This document shows, in pieces, positions 10,147 through 19,748 of a stretch of DNA of 37,522 nucleotides. Source of the DNA: a virus. Its lineage: Duplodnaviria > Heunggongvirae > Uroviricota > Caudoviricetes. The notes beneath the pieces were generated by a model. That model did no database searches. It saw only the letters and a program-made list of their open reading frames with translations, and was not told where the DNA came from. How positions within the stretch are numbered: position 1 is the stretch's first letter; every line of letters starts with the position of its first letter. Both the position numbers and the translations under genes were made by a program. The stretch is taken from IMG/VR virus record IMGVR_UViG_3300029068_000003. One strand, given 5' to 3'.

Positions 10147-10300
10147 CGGTGTTCACCTTTTTATTCACGCGCCGGATATCACCCGCTGCTTCACGGCGCA
10201 GCCAGTAGTTGTTCTCGTCAACATTTCGCCCTTCGGCGGGCAAAAGGTCGCCGCGGGCAGGGTCAGGCACTGACCGCCCTTTAACAGGTTTGACAAACAT
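10130..10300 (-). CDS. Small protein (about 56 aa), possibly Mu gp38-like; below the ORF-track size cut-off
   Basis: ATG (complement of 10298-10300) preceded by GAGGA 6 nt upstream; translation MFVKPVKGRSVPDPARGDLLPAEGRNVDENNYWLRREAAGDIRRVNKKVNTDDDKL; fills the gap between 10309..10869 and the sheath gene. Confidence 0.4.
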   Translation of the reverse strand: MFVKPVKGRSVPDPARGDLLPAEGRNVDENNYWLRREAAGDIRRVNKKVNTDDDKL

Positions 10301-10308
10301 GAGGATCC

Positions 10309-10869
10309 TCAGGAAGGAAGGGTTATTTCGGTGTGATGTTCGATATCGCCGTCAGGCCCGTTACCGGGATCGAGATAATCAACATCAATCGCCAGCGTTC
10401 GCAGTTCATCCAGACTGTTCAGGTCATCCTGCTGGCGGGTATCGTCTTCGGTCAGCTCGCTGATGATCGAAAAATCGAACTGATAAATCAGCTCATGACG
10501 ATTCAGATCCAGCAGCGTGCCGCCGTCATAGTTAATCGGGTTACCGCACGCTTCCGGGTTCCAGCCCAGCAGGGCCTTAAAGAGCATCTGCCGGACATCG
10601 TCCACCACATCATACGAAGCAAACTGACCGCGCTCATCACGCCCGTTACTCAGTATGACAACCACGGAGAAGCCCTCTTTCAGCTCCTGCCAGTAGTCGG
10701 TCTGGCTTTTGTTTTCTCCCGGAGAATCATCCCCCGGTACCACATACGCCGCCGGGAGTCTCAGCTTTCCGACCTCCGGCAGATTTTTGAACTGTGCCGC
10801 GCCTGCCACCCGGTTCTCAAAATACGGGCAGCGGGCACGCAGCGCAGCAATAACAGGCGTCAGTTTCAT
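10309..10869 (-). CDS. Tail-associated structural protein (Mu gp37-like)
   Basis: 186 aa ORF, ATG start, position between neck genes and sheath. Confidence 0.45.
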   Translation of the reverse strand: MKLTPVIAALRARCPYFENRVAGAAQFKNLPEVGKLRLPAAYVVPGDDSPGENKSQTDYWQELKEGFSVVVILSNGRDERGQFASYDVVDDVRQMLFKALLGWNPEACGNPINYDGGTLLDLNRHELIYQFDFSIISELTEDDTRQQDDLNSLDELRTLAIDVDYLDPGNGPDGDIEHHTEITLPS

Positions 10870-11372
10870 CTGTGTCGTCGCTCCGGCTTCAGTGATTTAC
10901 GCAATTCCCGCGCCAGAAAATAGCGTGTCCAGCTGCGGTTCTTTTCAAGCGTTTCCACCATGAAGTTATTACGTGGAGCCAGTCGCCAGCCGCTGCCACC
11001 GGATGCACCACGATGATGGCTGCGACGACGCTTTGCCCCTCGCCTCACGCCATAGAACAAAAAAGCCGGATAAAAATCACCGGTGATACGGCGGTTTCCC
11101 TCTCCATTACGCTGGTTAGGGGCTATACGTGCCATAAAACCAGGGCGATGTTTACTGGCTCTGGGTACCATGTAACCAATCGAACGAGCCAGGCGTCCGG
11201 TCTGATAACCGGGGTTTTCACCCGGTGCCGACCGCGCACGGCGCATCACCAGCCGACGGGCATCACGCATATGACGCTGACCAATCGTGACAAACGCCCG
11301 CCGGACACGGGCGCGGTTAAAGCGCATCTCCGCGGGCTGCTGAACATCAACGTGCAAAAAGGAAGTCGTCAT
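10866..11372 (-). CDS. Tail completion / virion morphogenesis protein (HK97 gp10-like, basic)
   Basis: 168 aa Arg-rich ORF, ATG start, in the neck region. Confidence 0.45.
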   Translation of the reverse strand: MTTSFLHVDVQQPAEMRFNRARVRRAFVTIGQRHMRDARRLVMRRARSAPGENPGYQTGRLARSIGYMVPRASKHRPGFMARIAPNQRNGEGNRRITGDFYPAFLFYGVRRGAKRRRSHHRGASGGSGWRLAPRNNFMVETLEKNRSWTRYFLARELRKSLKPERRHR

Positions 11373-11757
11373 TGTTGCCTCCGTGACTCTGCCTACATTC
11401 GCCCAGCTCCGTACACTCCAGCAGCAGAAAGCGCCGCGCCCCGTTCAGATCGCGCTGACGTTTCACCCGGTACACACTGTCACCGCAGACCACCTCATAA
11501 TCAGCGGTGATCCCCCGGCGGTAACGAATGGTGATGTAATGGGTGATGGCGTCCCCGGTCTGCGCGGTTTCCTGCCAGGTGGTGGCACTGGTCTGGACAA
11601 CCTTCGCCCATGTCCGGAACGCAACCGGGTATTGAGGCTCCACGCCAAAGTTATCCGCGGGCATATCCACCCGCTGGCGGATCAGGACGCGTTTATTCAG
11701 TTCACCGGGGTCCGGCAGAATGTAGGTTGCGCTGGTCTGCGCCTGACGAATTTTCAT
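11347..11757 (-). CDS. Head closure / head-tail joining protein
   Basis: 136 aa ORF, ATG start, follows the gp6-like connector gene. Confidence 0.5.
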   Translation of the reverse strand: MKIRQAQTSATYILPDPGELNKRVLIRQRVDMPADNFGVEPQYPVAFRTWAKVVQTSATTWQETAQTGDAITHYITIRYRRGITADYEVVCGDSVYRVKRQRDLNGARRFLLLECTELGECRQSHGGNNDDFLFAR

Positions 11758-12077
11758 TGCGGGAAATACCTGTACGGGCCGACAAGCCAGTTAAAGCTCA
11801 TTGGCAACTCCATTTTCTCAACGTCTGTAACCGACGAGCGATTTTCGTAAAAATGGCTGATAAGCATCAGCATCCCCAGACGAATATCATCCGGCAGGTG
11901 CAGCCCGTCCGGATCGCTGTCCGGAATGGTTTCATCCGGAGCATAGAGCTTCCGGTTCAGATACGTTTCCGTCCGCTTTTGCGCCGCACAGGCCAGCAGT
12001 TGCAGATGGCGGTCATCAGCATCGAAATCCTCATCCAGCCGGAGTTGGGCTTTAATCTCTTCCATTGTCAGAAGCAT
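11754..12077 (-). CDS. Head-tail connector protein (gp6-like)
   Basis: 107 aa ORF beginning MLLTMEEIKAQLRLDEDFDADDRHLQ, typical of gp6-like connectors; downstream of capsid. Confidence 0.6.
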   Translation of the reverse strand: MLLTMEEIKAQLRLDEDFDADDRHLQLLACAAQKRTETYLNRKLYAPDETIPDSDPDGLHLPDDIRLGMLMLISHFYENRSSVTDVEKMELPMSFNWLVGPYRYFPQ

Positions 12078-12079
12078 AC

Positions 12080-12280
12080 TCAGCCCTCTTTACTGGTCGT
12101 GGCTTTTTTCTCTTTTGCCGCTTTACTGCTTTTTGCACTGGTTCCGCGCTCTGCTAACCCGGCCTGAAGTGCAATCTCCTGCACCCGGGCAGGAAGCGCC
12201 CCGTCGTCATACTCACCGGCCCGAATGACCTCAACACGCATACCGTCCGGTGACCATTTCAGATCTTGTTTCAGGATCAT
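12080..12280 (-). CDS. Small hypothetical head-associated protein
   Basis: 66 aa ORF with ATG start and Lys/Ala-rich C-terminus, tightly packed between capsid and connector genes. Confidence 0.35.
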   Translation of the reverse strand: MILKQDLKWSPDGMRVEVIRAGEYDDGALPARVQEIALQAGLAERGTSAKSSKAAKEKKATTSKEG

Positions 12281-12329
12281 GATTCTTCACCCGTCAGAAC
12301 AGGGGGCGCGGTTCCACGCCCCTGAGTGA

Positions 12330-13535
12330 TTACGCCGCTGCAATCTTCAGCAGTTTGATGGCCTGCGAATCGACCAGCATCCCGCCGGTGCGCTTGGTGG
12401 TATAAAAACCGACAAACGGTTTATTGGTGTACGGGTCACGCAGAATGCGGGTGCCGATACGGTCAACGATGGTGTAACCCCGTTTGAAGTTACCAAATGC
12501 AATGGCTTTCGCATCAGCGGCGATATCCGGCATCTGTTCGTTTTCAGCGATACCGTAACCCGCCAGAGAGGACGGCTGCCCCAGTTCCAGCCCCGGACGC
12601 CACAGATAGTTACCCTCGGTGTCTTTCAGCAGACGGATGGCAAACAGGCTGTTGTTGTTCATCATGAACTTCGCGCCAGTGCGGTGTGCCTTACGCAGCG
12701 TGTAAATCAGTTTGATAATGGCGTCTGCAGTCACCGCGGTCGCTTCGCCGGATACAATATGCTGAAGTTTGCCGAACGCCCGGACCTTGTCGGTTTCATC
12801 AGTGGATTCATACGCCAGGAACCCTTTCGGCTTCTTGGTGCCATCGCCTGAGGTAAAGGCAATTTCTTCCTGTTCGGCAAATTCGGTTGCCAGCTCGCTG
12901 TTGATCCAGGCCTCCACGTTGAAGAAGGCATCGTCCAGCATTTTCTGGGTAGCCTGCGGGTTGCCGTAGATTTCCCCCATGAGAGGTTCAATCAGCTCCA
13001 GTCTGGAGGTGGCAGTCTGGGATCGCGTATCCGTTTCCCCCACCCATCCGGAAGCCGTACCGCCCAGATTCACCAGTTTTTTGTAGTCGGAACCGCCAAC
13101 GGTGATCACCGTGGCTTCCTGACGCATCACCACTTCATCTTTCAGCAGGTTAAGAATGTTGCGATCCAGTTCTTCCGGCACGGCGTAGCCACCGTCTTCA
13201 TCGGTACCCACCTGCAATGCCTTACGCTCCAGATCGCGCAGACCGTCTTCACGGCCTTTACGCAGGAAGCCCACAAACGCCTCTTTATGCTCGGTGGCCA
13301 GTTTATTTTGCGCTCCACCTGCCGGACGTTTCAGCTCAAGCAGCTCTTTTTCAAGGTCGCTTTTGAGATTTTCCAGCTCGCTGAGTTTCCCGTTCAGGGT
13401 TTCCACCTGCCCGGCAAGCTTGCCTTTTTCCTGCTCAATCGCATCCACGCGCTTGTCGTTCTTTGCTTTGAAGTCGTCAAACTTCTGCTGCAGCTCCTGC
13501 GCGACCTGTTCGACATCTTTAATATCAACCGCCAT
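12330..13535 (-). CDS. Major capsid protein (HK97 family)
   Basis: 401 aa ORF, ATG start with AGGAG upstream; follows the prohead protease as in HK97-type head modules. Confidence 0.8.
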   Translation of the reverse strand: MAVDIKDVEQVAQELQQKFDDFKAKNDKRVDAIEQEKGKLAGQVETLNGKLSELENLKSDLEKELLELKRPAGGAQNKLATEHKEAFVGFLRKGREDGLRDLERKALQVGTDEDGGYAVPEELDRNILNLLKDEVVMRQEATVITVGGSDYKKLVNLGGTASGWVGETDTRSQTATSRLELIEPLMGEIYGNPQATQKMLDDAFFNVEAWINSELATEFAEQEEIAFTSGDGTKKPKGFLAYESTDETDKVRAFGKLQHIVSGEATAVTADAIIKLIYTLRKAHRTGAKFMMNNNSLFAIRLLKDTEGNYLWRPGLELGQPSSLAGYGIAENEQMPDIAADAKAIAFGNFKRGYTIVDRIGTRILRDPYTNKPFVGFYTTKRTGGMLVDSQAIKLLKIAAA

Positions 13536-13549
13536 CGTATTTCTCCTGA

Positions 13550-14236
13550 TTAGAAGTTCAGATTTTTCAGTGCATTCAGTGCAGAGCCCACATCCTCAGC
13601 GTCGCGCAGGGACAGTGCGCCATAGCCCCCGGCCATGAATGCTTTGGCCTGGGTACGGGAGAGTCCGACATCACGCAGGACTCTTTCGATTTTTTTCTGT
13701 TCGGGGATTTCCCCGCGGGCCAGCGCGTTCTTGACGTCGCTGATCCGCGCCTCGTCGTTAGACGGAAACGTCACCAGACTGACTTCCCAGAGGTCGATTT
13801 CTTTCAGCAGAAAGGCTTCTTTCGTCCGGTCGTATTCCCAGTCCTTCAGGACGTACCCAATAGAAAGGCCGGTTAACGAACCGGCCTTCATGTGTGCATG
13901 TGCGCGTTTTGCCAGGGGATCATCATCAATGAGCAACCGCCCCCTGACGTAAAGCCCGACATCGTCTTCCTTCATTTCGGTGTAAACACCGATGGGCTCA
14001 TCCATGCGGTGCTGCCAGAGCAGCGCAGGTAACGCTTTTCTGTCACTCCACGCCCGCAGGGACGCAGCAAATGCCCCGGACATCACCACATCATCGTGAC
14101 TGTCCTTTACACCAAAGACGGAGCCATATCCTTCAAACTCACCGGAGTCACTGACAGATTTCAGACTCAGCGGTACATCAAGACGTTGTTTCGTCTGCAT
14201 TGGCGTTATCCTTCTGCTTACCGGCTTTACTGCCAT
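13550..14236 (-). CDS. Prohead protease (HK97 family)
   Basis: 228 aa ORF, ATG start, between portal and capsid. Confidence 0.7.
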   Translation of the reverse strand: MAVKPVSRRITPMQTKQRLDVPLSLKSVSDSGEFEGYGSVFGVKDSHDDVVMSGAFAASLRAWSDRKALPALLWQHRMDEPIGVYTEMKEDDVGLYVRGRLLIDDDPLAKRAHAHMKAGSLTGLSIGYVLKDWEYDRTKEAFLLKEIDLWEVSLVTFPSNDEARISDVKNALARGEIPEQKKIERVLRDVGLSRTQAKAFMAGGYGALSLRDAEDVGSALNALKNLNF

Positions 14237-15419
14237 CGGAGGGTTTCGTGGTCATGTTCATCGGTGTGAGATAGACATCACCACCGGGACGCGGATTCAT
14301 ATCTTCCAGGTCGCGGCAGTCATTGGGAGAGTAAATTCCCCAGTTAATCCCGGTGGCGTAGGCTTCAAAACGGGACTTCATATCCCCGCGCAGTAACGCC
14401 CCGGCGTTAAATTTGGCGTAATAAACACCCTGCTTACTTTTTCGTACCAGTCCGGTGTTGATCCGCTGCTCAATGCGGGTCAGATACGGCACCAGTGAAT
14501 AGTTGATAAATCCGAGCCCCAGCTCTTCGATATTGTTGAAGGTGGCGCGATCGGTGTTCTGCACCATGTGCAATGGCACACGGAACAGACGACAAATTTC
14601 TTCAAGCTGAAACTTGCGGGTTTCCAGGAACTGGCTGTCCTCTGCGTTCAACGCCATCGACTTCCAGTCCAGCCCCATCTCAAGGATCATCGGGCGGTGA
14701 GCATTGCCAAGCCCGGTGTGACGCTCCTCAAAATCTTTCTTCAGGCGCTCATAAGCCTGATCCGACAGCGTCTGCTCTGTACGCAAAACACCCGACGTCA
14801 CCGCGCCATTGCTGAACAGTCTGGCCCCGTGCTCTTCGGTCGCTGCCGCCAGCGATATTGCCTCGCGGGCATAGGCGATGGGATTCAGTCCCACCAGACC
14901 GTCCAGCGTCAGCGTACGCACATGCCAGATATCCTCCTGGCTCAGTACATCCGTGGAGCCATCCGGGAATGTGACCTGATAGACCGGTTCCCAGCTACTG
15001 TTAAGCTTCGGTACCACACAGCCGGGATCGACGGGCAGCAGTTCAGCCACTTCGCCAAATGCTTTCACTTTGTAGGCGTAAAAGTTTCCCCTCAGGCACA
15101 GACAGGTGACCACCAGCTCCCAGAACTCCTGCGGCGTCATATAGCCATTGGGATGCGTGGAGATCAGTTTATGCAGACGTTCGCCGGTGGCTCTCTGCTT
15201 CAGGCTGCCGTTCAGGTGATACAGATTGCAGGGCAACATCCCGACCGACTCTGCCAGCACTCTGACGCAGGAAAAAACCGCCGTCAGTCGCATGGCCCGC
15301 TGACTGCTGATCTGCTTTCCGGTATAGGTGTCATACGACAGCCCGATGGCATCCGCCAGCTCTGCTGGCGTGGTCACCGGTGCGTCACTTTTTCGTTGAA
15401 ATAATCCCGAAAAGAACAC
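14178..15419 (-). CDS. Portal protein (HK97 family)
   Basis: 413 aa ORF; start is GTG at 15419 with GGAGG 6 nt upstream; follows the terminase large subunit. Confidence 0.75.
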   Translation of the reverse strand: MFFSGLFQRKSDAPVTTPAELADAIGLSYDTYTGKQISSQRAMRLTAVFSCVRVLAESVGMLPCNLYHLNGSLKQRATGERLHKLISTHPNGYMTPQEFWELVVTCLCLRGNFYAYKVKAFGEVAELLPVDPGCVVPKLNSSWEPVYQVTFPDGSTDVLSQEDIWHVRTLTLDGLVGLNPIAYAREAISLAAATEEHGARLFSNGAVTSGVLRTEQTLSDQAYERLKKDFEERHTGLGNAHRPMILEMGLDWKSMALNAEDSQFLETRKFQLEEICRLFRVPLHMVQNTDRATFNNIEELGLGFINYSLVPYLTRIEQRINTGLVRKSKQGVYYAKFNAGALLRGDMKSRFEAYATGINWGIYSPNDCRDLEDMNPRPGGDVYLTPMNMTTKPSDGSKAGKQKDNANADETTS

Positions 15420-15601
15420 TATTTACCTCCGCCGACAGACGACTGTGTACGGTCGAGATATCGCGCCACCAGCCACGACCAGAACAGGCACAGCGCCCCG
15501 GCAACAACAAAACCCGCCGGGGGATAAATCAGCCAGGCACCATACGCCAGCAAAAGCGCACCCAGCACGCCCACCAGAGGCGCGAGAATCAGCATGATCA
15601 T
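15419..15601 (-). CDS. Small hydrophobic protein (two predicted TM segments)
   Basis: 60 aa ORF, ATG start, [46 protein letters not shown]; wedged between terminase and portal. Confidence 0.4.
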
Positions 15602-15612
15602 AATTACCTCAG

Positions 15613-17346
15613 TTAAAGCGAGCGGATCCCGTAGGACTCAATGTGATCAGACAGCGTGTCTTCTTTCTCGTACAGCATGGCTCTGCCAACCGCCATAATC
15701 AGCGCAACTGCACCATCGATTTTGTTTTCCGCCTGCTCCTTGACGGGCTTCACCACATCATCGTTACCCGGAATGGTTTTGCCGACCACGTTGCCGATAC
15801 ACCAGGTCATGATGGGATTGCCGTCATGATGAAAACGCCCCGATTCAATCGCCGCTTCCAGCTCTTTCATCGGATCGGACATGTTGGTGTAGTTCTGAAT
15901 GATGGTGACGGGGTTCAGGTCTTCATCAGCAAGGTCATGTGACAGCCCCGTCGCCCCGAAGGGGTCGATGGGTGACTCACTGACCGGGCTGATTTTGTTC
16001 GCCGCTTTGACCTCTTCGAGGATGTAGCGATAATCCACCTCCGCACCATCGGTAACGGTCAGAACGCCCATTTCCACCCATTTCTGAAAGCGTTCGGCTG
16101 TCCGGCGATCTTCATTTTTCTCGACGCTGTACACCGTGTCATACGGTACCCAGAAACGCGGGGCCACACTGTAGTAATGCGTTTTACCGTCAATCTCGCG
16201 GGTATAAAGTCGCGCCATGCTGTTCATATCCAGCTTACGCGCCAGGTCAAAGGCCAGAATGCACGGCTGCCCCTCGAACTGCTCAAGGGTCAGTGATTTA
16301 TCCTCGCAGCTCTGCCAGCTCACCAGGTTGAAATACGCCGAACGCGCCGACACCCAGATATTGAGGTGCTTTGTTTTAAAGACGTTTGCCAGACGGGCGT
16401 TATTTTTCGCACGCTGCTGCTGACTTAACAAAAATTCGCGATAAACCGACACGCCAATATTCGGGTTAGCTTTTTCCAGCACCTGCGGGTCGGTCCAGTC
16501 ATCGCCTTCGTCAACGGTATAGATGATCCCGAACAGTTCATCGTTGGGTACCGACCCGTTGAGCATCTCGATAACTTCCCGCCGCTTGTCGTAGCACGGC
16601 CCCTCAATGTTGTACCCGGCAGTAGTAATGGCCCACATCAGTGGCTGACGTCGCGCCCCCATCCCGGTAAGCATCGTGGTGTAAAGCGCATCGGTGGCGT
16701 GCTCGTGATATTCATCCACCACGGCACAGTGGGGTGATGAACCATCACCGGGGTTACCGATCAGCGGTTCAAACCGCGCGCCATCCTCCGGACGATTCAT
16801 GTTTGAGGCGTTAACCTCAATCCCGAACGCTTCCGTCAGCATGGGTGTGCGTTTACACATCAGTCGCGCCGGGCGAAAGACTTCCCACGCCTGTTTCTCT
16901 GTCGTGGCACCGGAATACACTTCCGCGCCAAACTCGTTATCACAGGCAAAACAATACAGGGCAACACCGGCAGAGATTGCCGATTTGCCGTTCTTACGGG
17001 GGATTTCGGTATACACCTCCCGGAAGCGGCGCAGCCGGGACCCTTTATTGACCCAGCCAAACGCACAGCAGACCACAAATAGCTGCCACGGCTCCAGCGT
17101 GATGGGCATCCTCTTGAATGCCCACTCACCCTTGGTGTGCGGCAACAGCTGAATAAATTTGGCGGCCCGTTCAGCCAGGTCCTTGTCGAAGCGGTAACGA
17201 AACGACTTACTTTTTTCCGCCATCAGGTCATCAAGATGGCGCTGGCAGGCCTGAATCACAAACTGGCAGGCCACAATCTTTCCGCGCACAACATCACGGG
17301 CATACTGATTGGCAGCATTTACGTTGGGGTAAGATTTCCGGCTCAT
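15613..17346 (-). CDS. Terminase large subunit
   Basis: 577 aa ORF, ATG start, directly downstream of and overlapping the small subunit gene. Confidence 0.85.
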
Positions 17347-17837
17347 GACTCGATGATTTTCAGAAACGGGTTAGTGGCTTTCTTCTGCCCCGCCAGGCCA
17401 ATCAGACGCTGGCGGCTGCTGGGGTCGAGTCCGAGCATTGCCCCCGTGCTGCTCATCTCGGACTCCTGTTCTTTTTTGGCGGTCAGCTCCGGATTTTTTA
17501 CCCTGCCGCCCATTGCACCGGTGATGGTGTTGCCCTGTATGGCAATATTTTTCACGGCACGTCGCCAGAACTCATAGGCCACGCACCACCGCTCAAGCAC
17601 CGCGAGGTCAGTCACGCACAACAGGCCCTGACCGCAGAGTTCTTTGGTTGTCAGTTGCCACATGATCGTGGCGAGAGGGAGATTTTCTTCTGCGAACCAC
17701 TCCGGTGGCTCAACACCTTTGATGGGCGTAAAAACAGGTTCATCTTTATTCAGGGCTCGCTTGCCGGGGTTTCCGGCCAGCGCCTTGCGCGCCGTTGGCT
17801 TGGGGCGACGCCCGGAACGCCCCGCCGTTCCAGCCAT
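17343..17837 (-). CDS. Terminase small subunit (P27-like)
   Basis: ORF-track start at 17846 is GTG; in-frame ATG at 17837 has AGGAG 6 nt upstream, so the start is set there. Confidence 0.65.
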   Translation of the reverse strand: MAGTAGRSGRRPKPTARKALAGNPGKRALNKDEPVFTPIKGVEPPEWFAEENLPLATIMWQLTTKELCGQGLLCVTDLAVLERWCVAYEFWRRAVKNIAIQGNTITGAMGGRVKNPELTAKKEQESEMSSTGAMLGLDPSSRQRLIGLAGQKKATNPFLKIIES

Positions 17838-17846
17838 ATGCGGCAC

Positions 17847-17962
17847 TCCTGGTTAAATTTCATTTTTCGCGGGTATAAAAAAACGATGGGGCGGGCAGTC
17901 CGGAAGACGTCAGGTCACAGGGATTTGACCCGCCCCTCCCCTCTGGCAGTGGGAACTGGTTC
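17847..17962. other. Candidate cos / packaging site region between HNH endonuclease and terminase genes
   Basis: 116-bp non-coding gap with GC-rich inverted repeat ggggcggg ... cccgcccc (about 17888-17935); HNH-terS adjacency as in HK97-type cos phages. Confidence 0.35.
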
Positions 17963-18313
17963 TTACTTCAGCCGTTCACGGGCCGTCTTCGCCTTATGAC
18001 ACGGCCAGCACAGGCTCTGCAGATTACTGTCTGCATCGGTGCCGCCATGCGCTTTAGGGATGATGTGATCAACGGTTTTCGCCTCACGCACCACACCAGC
18101 ACGCAGGCACAACTGGCACAGGCCTTTGTCACGCTTCAGGACACGTTCACGGATAACATCCCATTTCGAACCATAACCGCGCTGGTGTCGGGACTGGCCT
18201 GGCTTGTATTGCTTCCAGCCTTCGCTTTTGTGGCTTTCGCAGTAGCCTGACGGGTCAGTAGTGGTATGGCGGCAGCCGCGAACACGGCAGGCTTTTGGGG
18301 TTCGTGGTGGCAT
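17963..18313 (-). CDS. HNH endonuclease (terminase-associated)
   Basis: Cys/His-rich C-terminus (CQLCLRAG...VDHIIPKAHGGTDADSNLQSLCWPCHKAK); ORF-track start is GTG at 18376; in-frame ATG at 18313 has AAGAGGA upstream, so start set there. Confidence 0.75.
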   Translation of the reverse strand: MPPRTPKACRVRGCRHTTTDPSGYCESHKSEGWKQYKPGQSRHQRGYGSKWDVIRERVLKRDKGLCQLCLRAGVVREAKTVDHIIPKAHGGTDADSNLQSLCWPCHKAKTARERLK

Positions 18314-18463
18314 TGCATAATCCTCTTGGGTGGTTCGCGTGCGATACGTGGCATCCTTCTCAGAATCGAATCGCACTCCACTCCGGTTTTGCCATAAACG
18401 ATCTTTTATGCTTCGCTGGATGTAGTTGATAGTTGTTGAAACTCAATGAACAGGAGTTCACAA

Positions 18464-18799
18464 ATGAATAGTTATGAATGGGAATGGCTTTTAAACAAAG
18501 ATGACACCCTATGCTTTTTCCCCGTAGGCCATTCTGTAGAAGGTAATTACAAAATTCACTTTGAGTTGAGCGGTAGTTGTAACCTTAGAGTCTCAGATGC
18601 TGAATGGCATGGTAAACCTGTACTGCTGTTCGAATACTTCGATGAAGATGATGACCGCCCTGCAATAATCGAAATATTAGAAACAACCACTACAACTGTG
18701 GAGGCGATGATCGCACATCTGAATAGTATCGATAGTATTTACCATGAACCGATTTACAAAGCGGTTTACGAGTGGGCCGTAAAGTTTTTCTATCGATGA
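18464..18799 (+). CDS. Hypothetical acidic protein (cassette gene 1)
   Basis: AT-rich plus-strand ORF opposite to the flanking late genes; AGGAG 7 nt upstream of ATG 18464 (track ATG 18446 lacks an SD); acidic tract EYFDEDDDRP; no recognisable domain. Confidence 0.5.
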   Translation: MNSYEWEWLLNKDDTLCFFPVGHSVEGNYKIHFELSGSCNLRVSDAEWHGKPVLLFEYFDEDDDRPAIIEILETTTTTVEAMIAHLNSIDSIYHEPIYKAVYEWAVKFFYR

Positions 18800-18842
18800 T
18801 ACTTCGTTATCTTGCTGGCATTCACAATACCTTTACATACTA

Positions 18843-19469
18843 ATGACATGCCAGCACAATACTGTCACTTACAACCGTTCGGATTACCTAGAGAAAAGTA
18901 TGATTCAGGATTTACTGATCGAAGCAATTAGTCACGATAGGATGCATAAAAAGTTAAATGAACTGAATTGCTACTTCTACAATCGCAAACATGAAACTCA
19001 AATACGTGATGAGTTAGTTGTTATTCTCAATCAAATCAGCACACTAACTGCTTTAAGTGAGCATCCAAAACTCGGTATCGGCGCTGTTGACATATCACTT
19101 TATAACCAGTCGATATTAACGTCTGAACATAATGGCAATGTTGCAACCATCGAGATCAAACACCATTACCCAAAGGATTTACTTTATCGGCAAGTTCAAG
19201 AAGACATCATTTTCGATATTTCAAGAGTAATAGTTTCACCAACTACACATTTTATCCATATAATCCAGCAAAGAACTAGGATTAATACTCCTTCTTTTGG
19301 CCAAGTGAAATTCCTTGAACGTGATGCAAGTGATATCAGCACTTATGTGCAATGCCTTGAAGAGCTAAGTTCCTTCCCCAGTATCTTTCATAAAAAAAGT
19401 ATATGTATTGAGGTACTTGGTGAAATTATGTCGACATATACCTTTAACGTATATTCATTTGACAACTGA
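18843..19469 (+). CDS. Hypothetical protein (cassette gene 2)
   Basis: 208 aa AT-rich ORF co-oriented with gene 1; alternative in-frame ATG at 18900; no recognisable domain. Confidence 0.45.
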   Translation: MTCQHNTVTYNRSDYLEKSMIQDLLIEAISHDRMHKKLNELNCYFYNRKHETQIRDELVVILNQISTLTALSEHPKLGIGAVDISLYNQSILTSEHNGNVATIEIKHHYPKDLLYRQVQEDIIFDISRVIVSPTTHFIHIIQQRTRINTPSFGQVKFLERDASDISTYVQCLEELSSFPSIFHKKSICIEVLGEIMSTYTFNVYSFDN

Positions 19470-19490
19470 TTAATTTGACAATTTTATTGC

Positions 19491-19748
19491 TTAATGGTTA
19501 GTTCTCTCTGCATCTATTTTACGAATATCAGCTTTATCCCGATTGCAGTTAGCCAGTGCAGACAACAGACTCACATTCAGCTCCAGGCTGGCACCATAAG
19601 TCAGAGGATTTGGTATGAACGGTACAGGTGTTTCAGAAGTCAGACTAGTCGGTAATGTTGTAGCCGGAGTGCTCACGTAAACTGTCCGCGTACTTCCGCA
19701 ACCGCTCAGCAGCGGCAGCAGGCACAAGGCGTGCAGCACAACCATCAT
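19491..19748 (-). CDS. o-spanin (Rz1-like outer-membrane lipoprotein)
   Basis: In the +1 frame overlapping the 3' part of the Rz-like gene; starts MMVVLHALCLLPLLSGCGS with a lipobox (LSGC); Pro/Thr-rich. Confidence 0.5.
   Translation of the reverse strand: MMVVLHALCLLPLLSGCGSTRTVYVSTPATTLPTSLTSETPVPFIPNPLTYGASLELNVSLLSALANCNRDKADIRKIDAERTNH

Noticed and set aside
10333-10923. 196 aa plus-strand ORF
   Set aside because: Antisense to the neck/tail genes with no start context
14568-15404. 278 aa plus-strand ORF
   Set aside because: Lies entirely antisense to the portal gene in a GC-rich region; no start context; typical spurious antisense ORF
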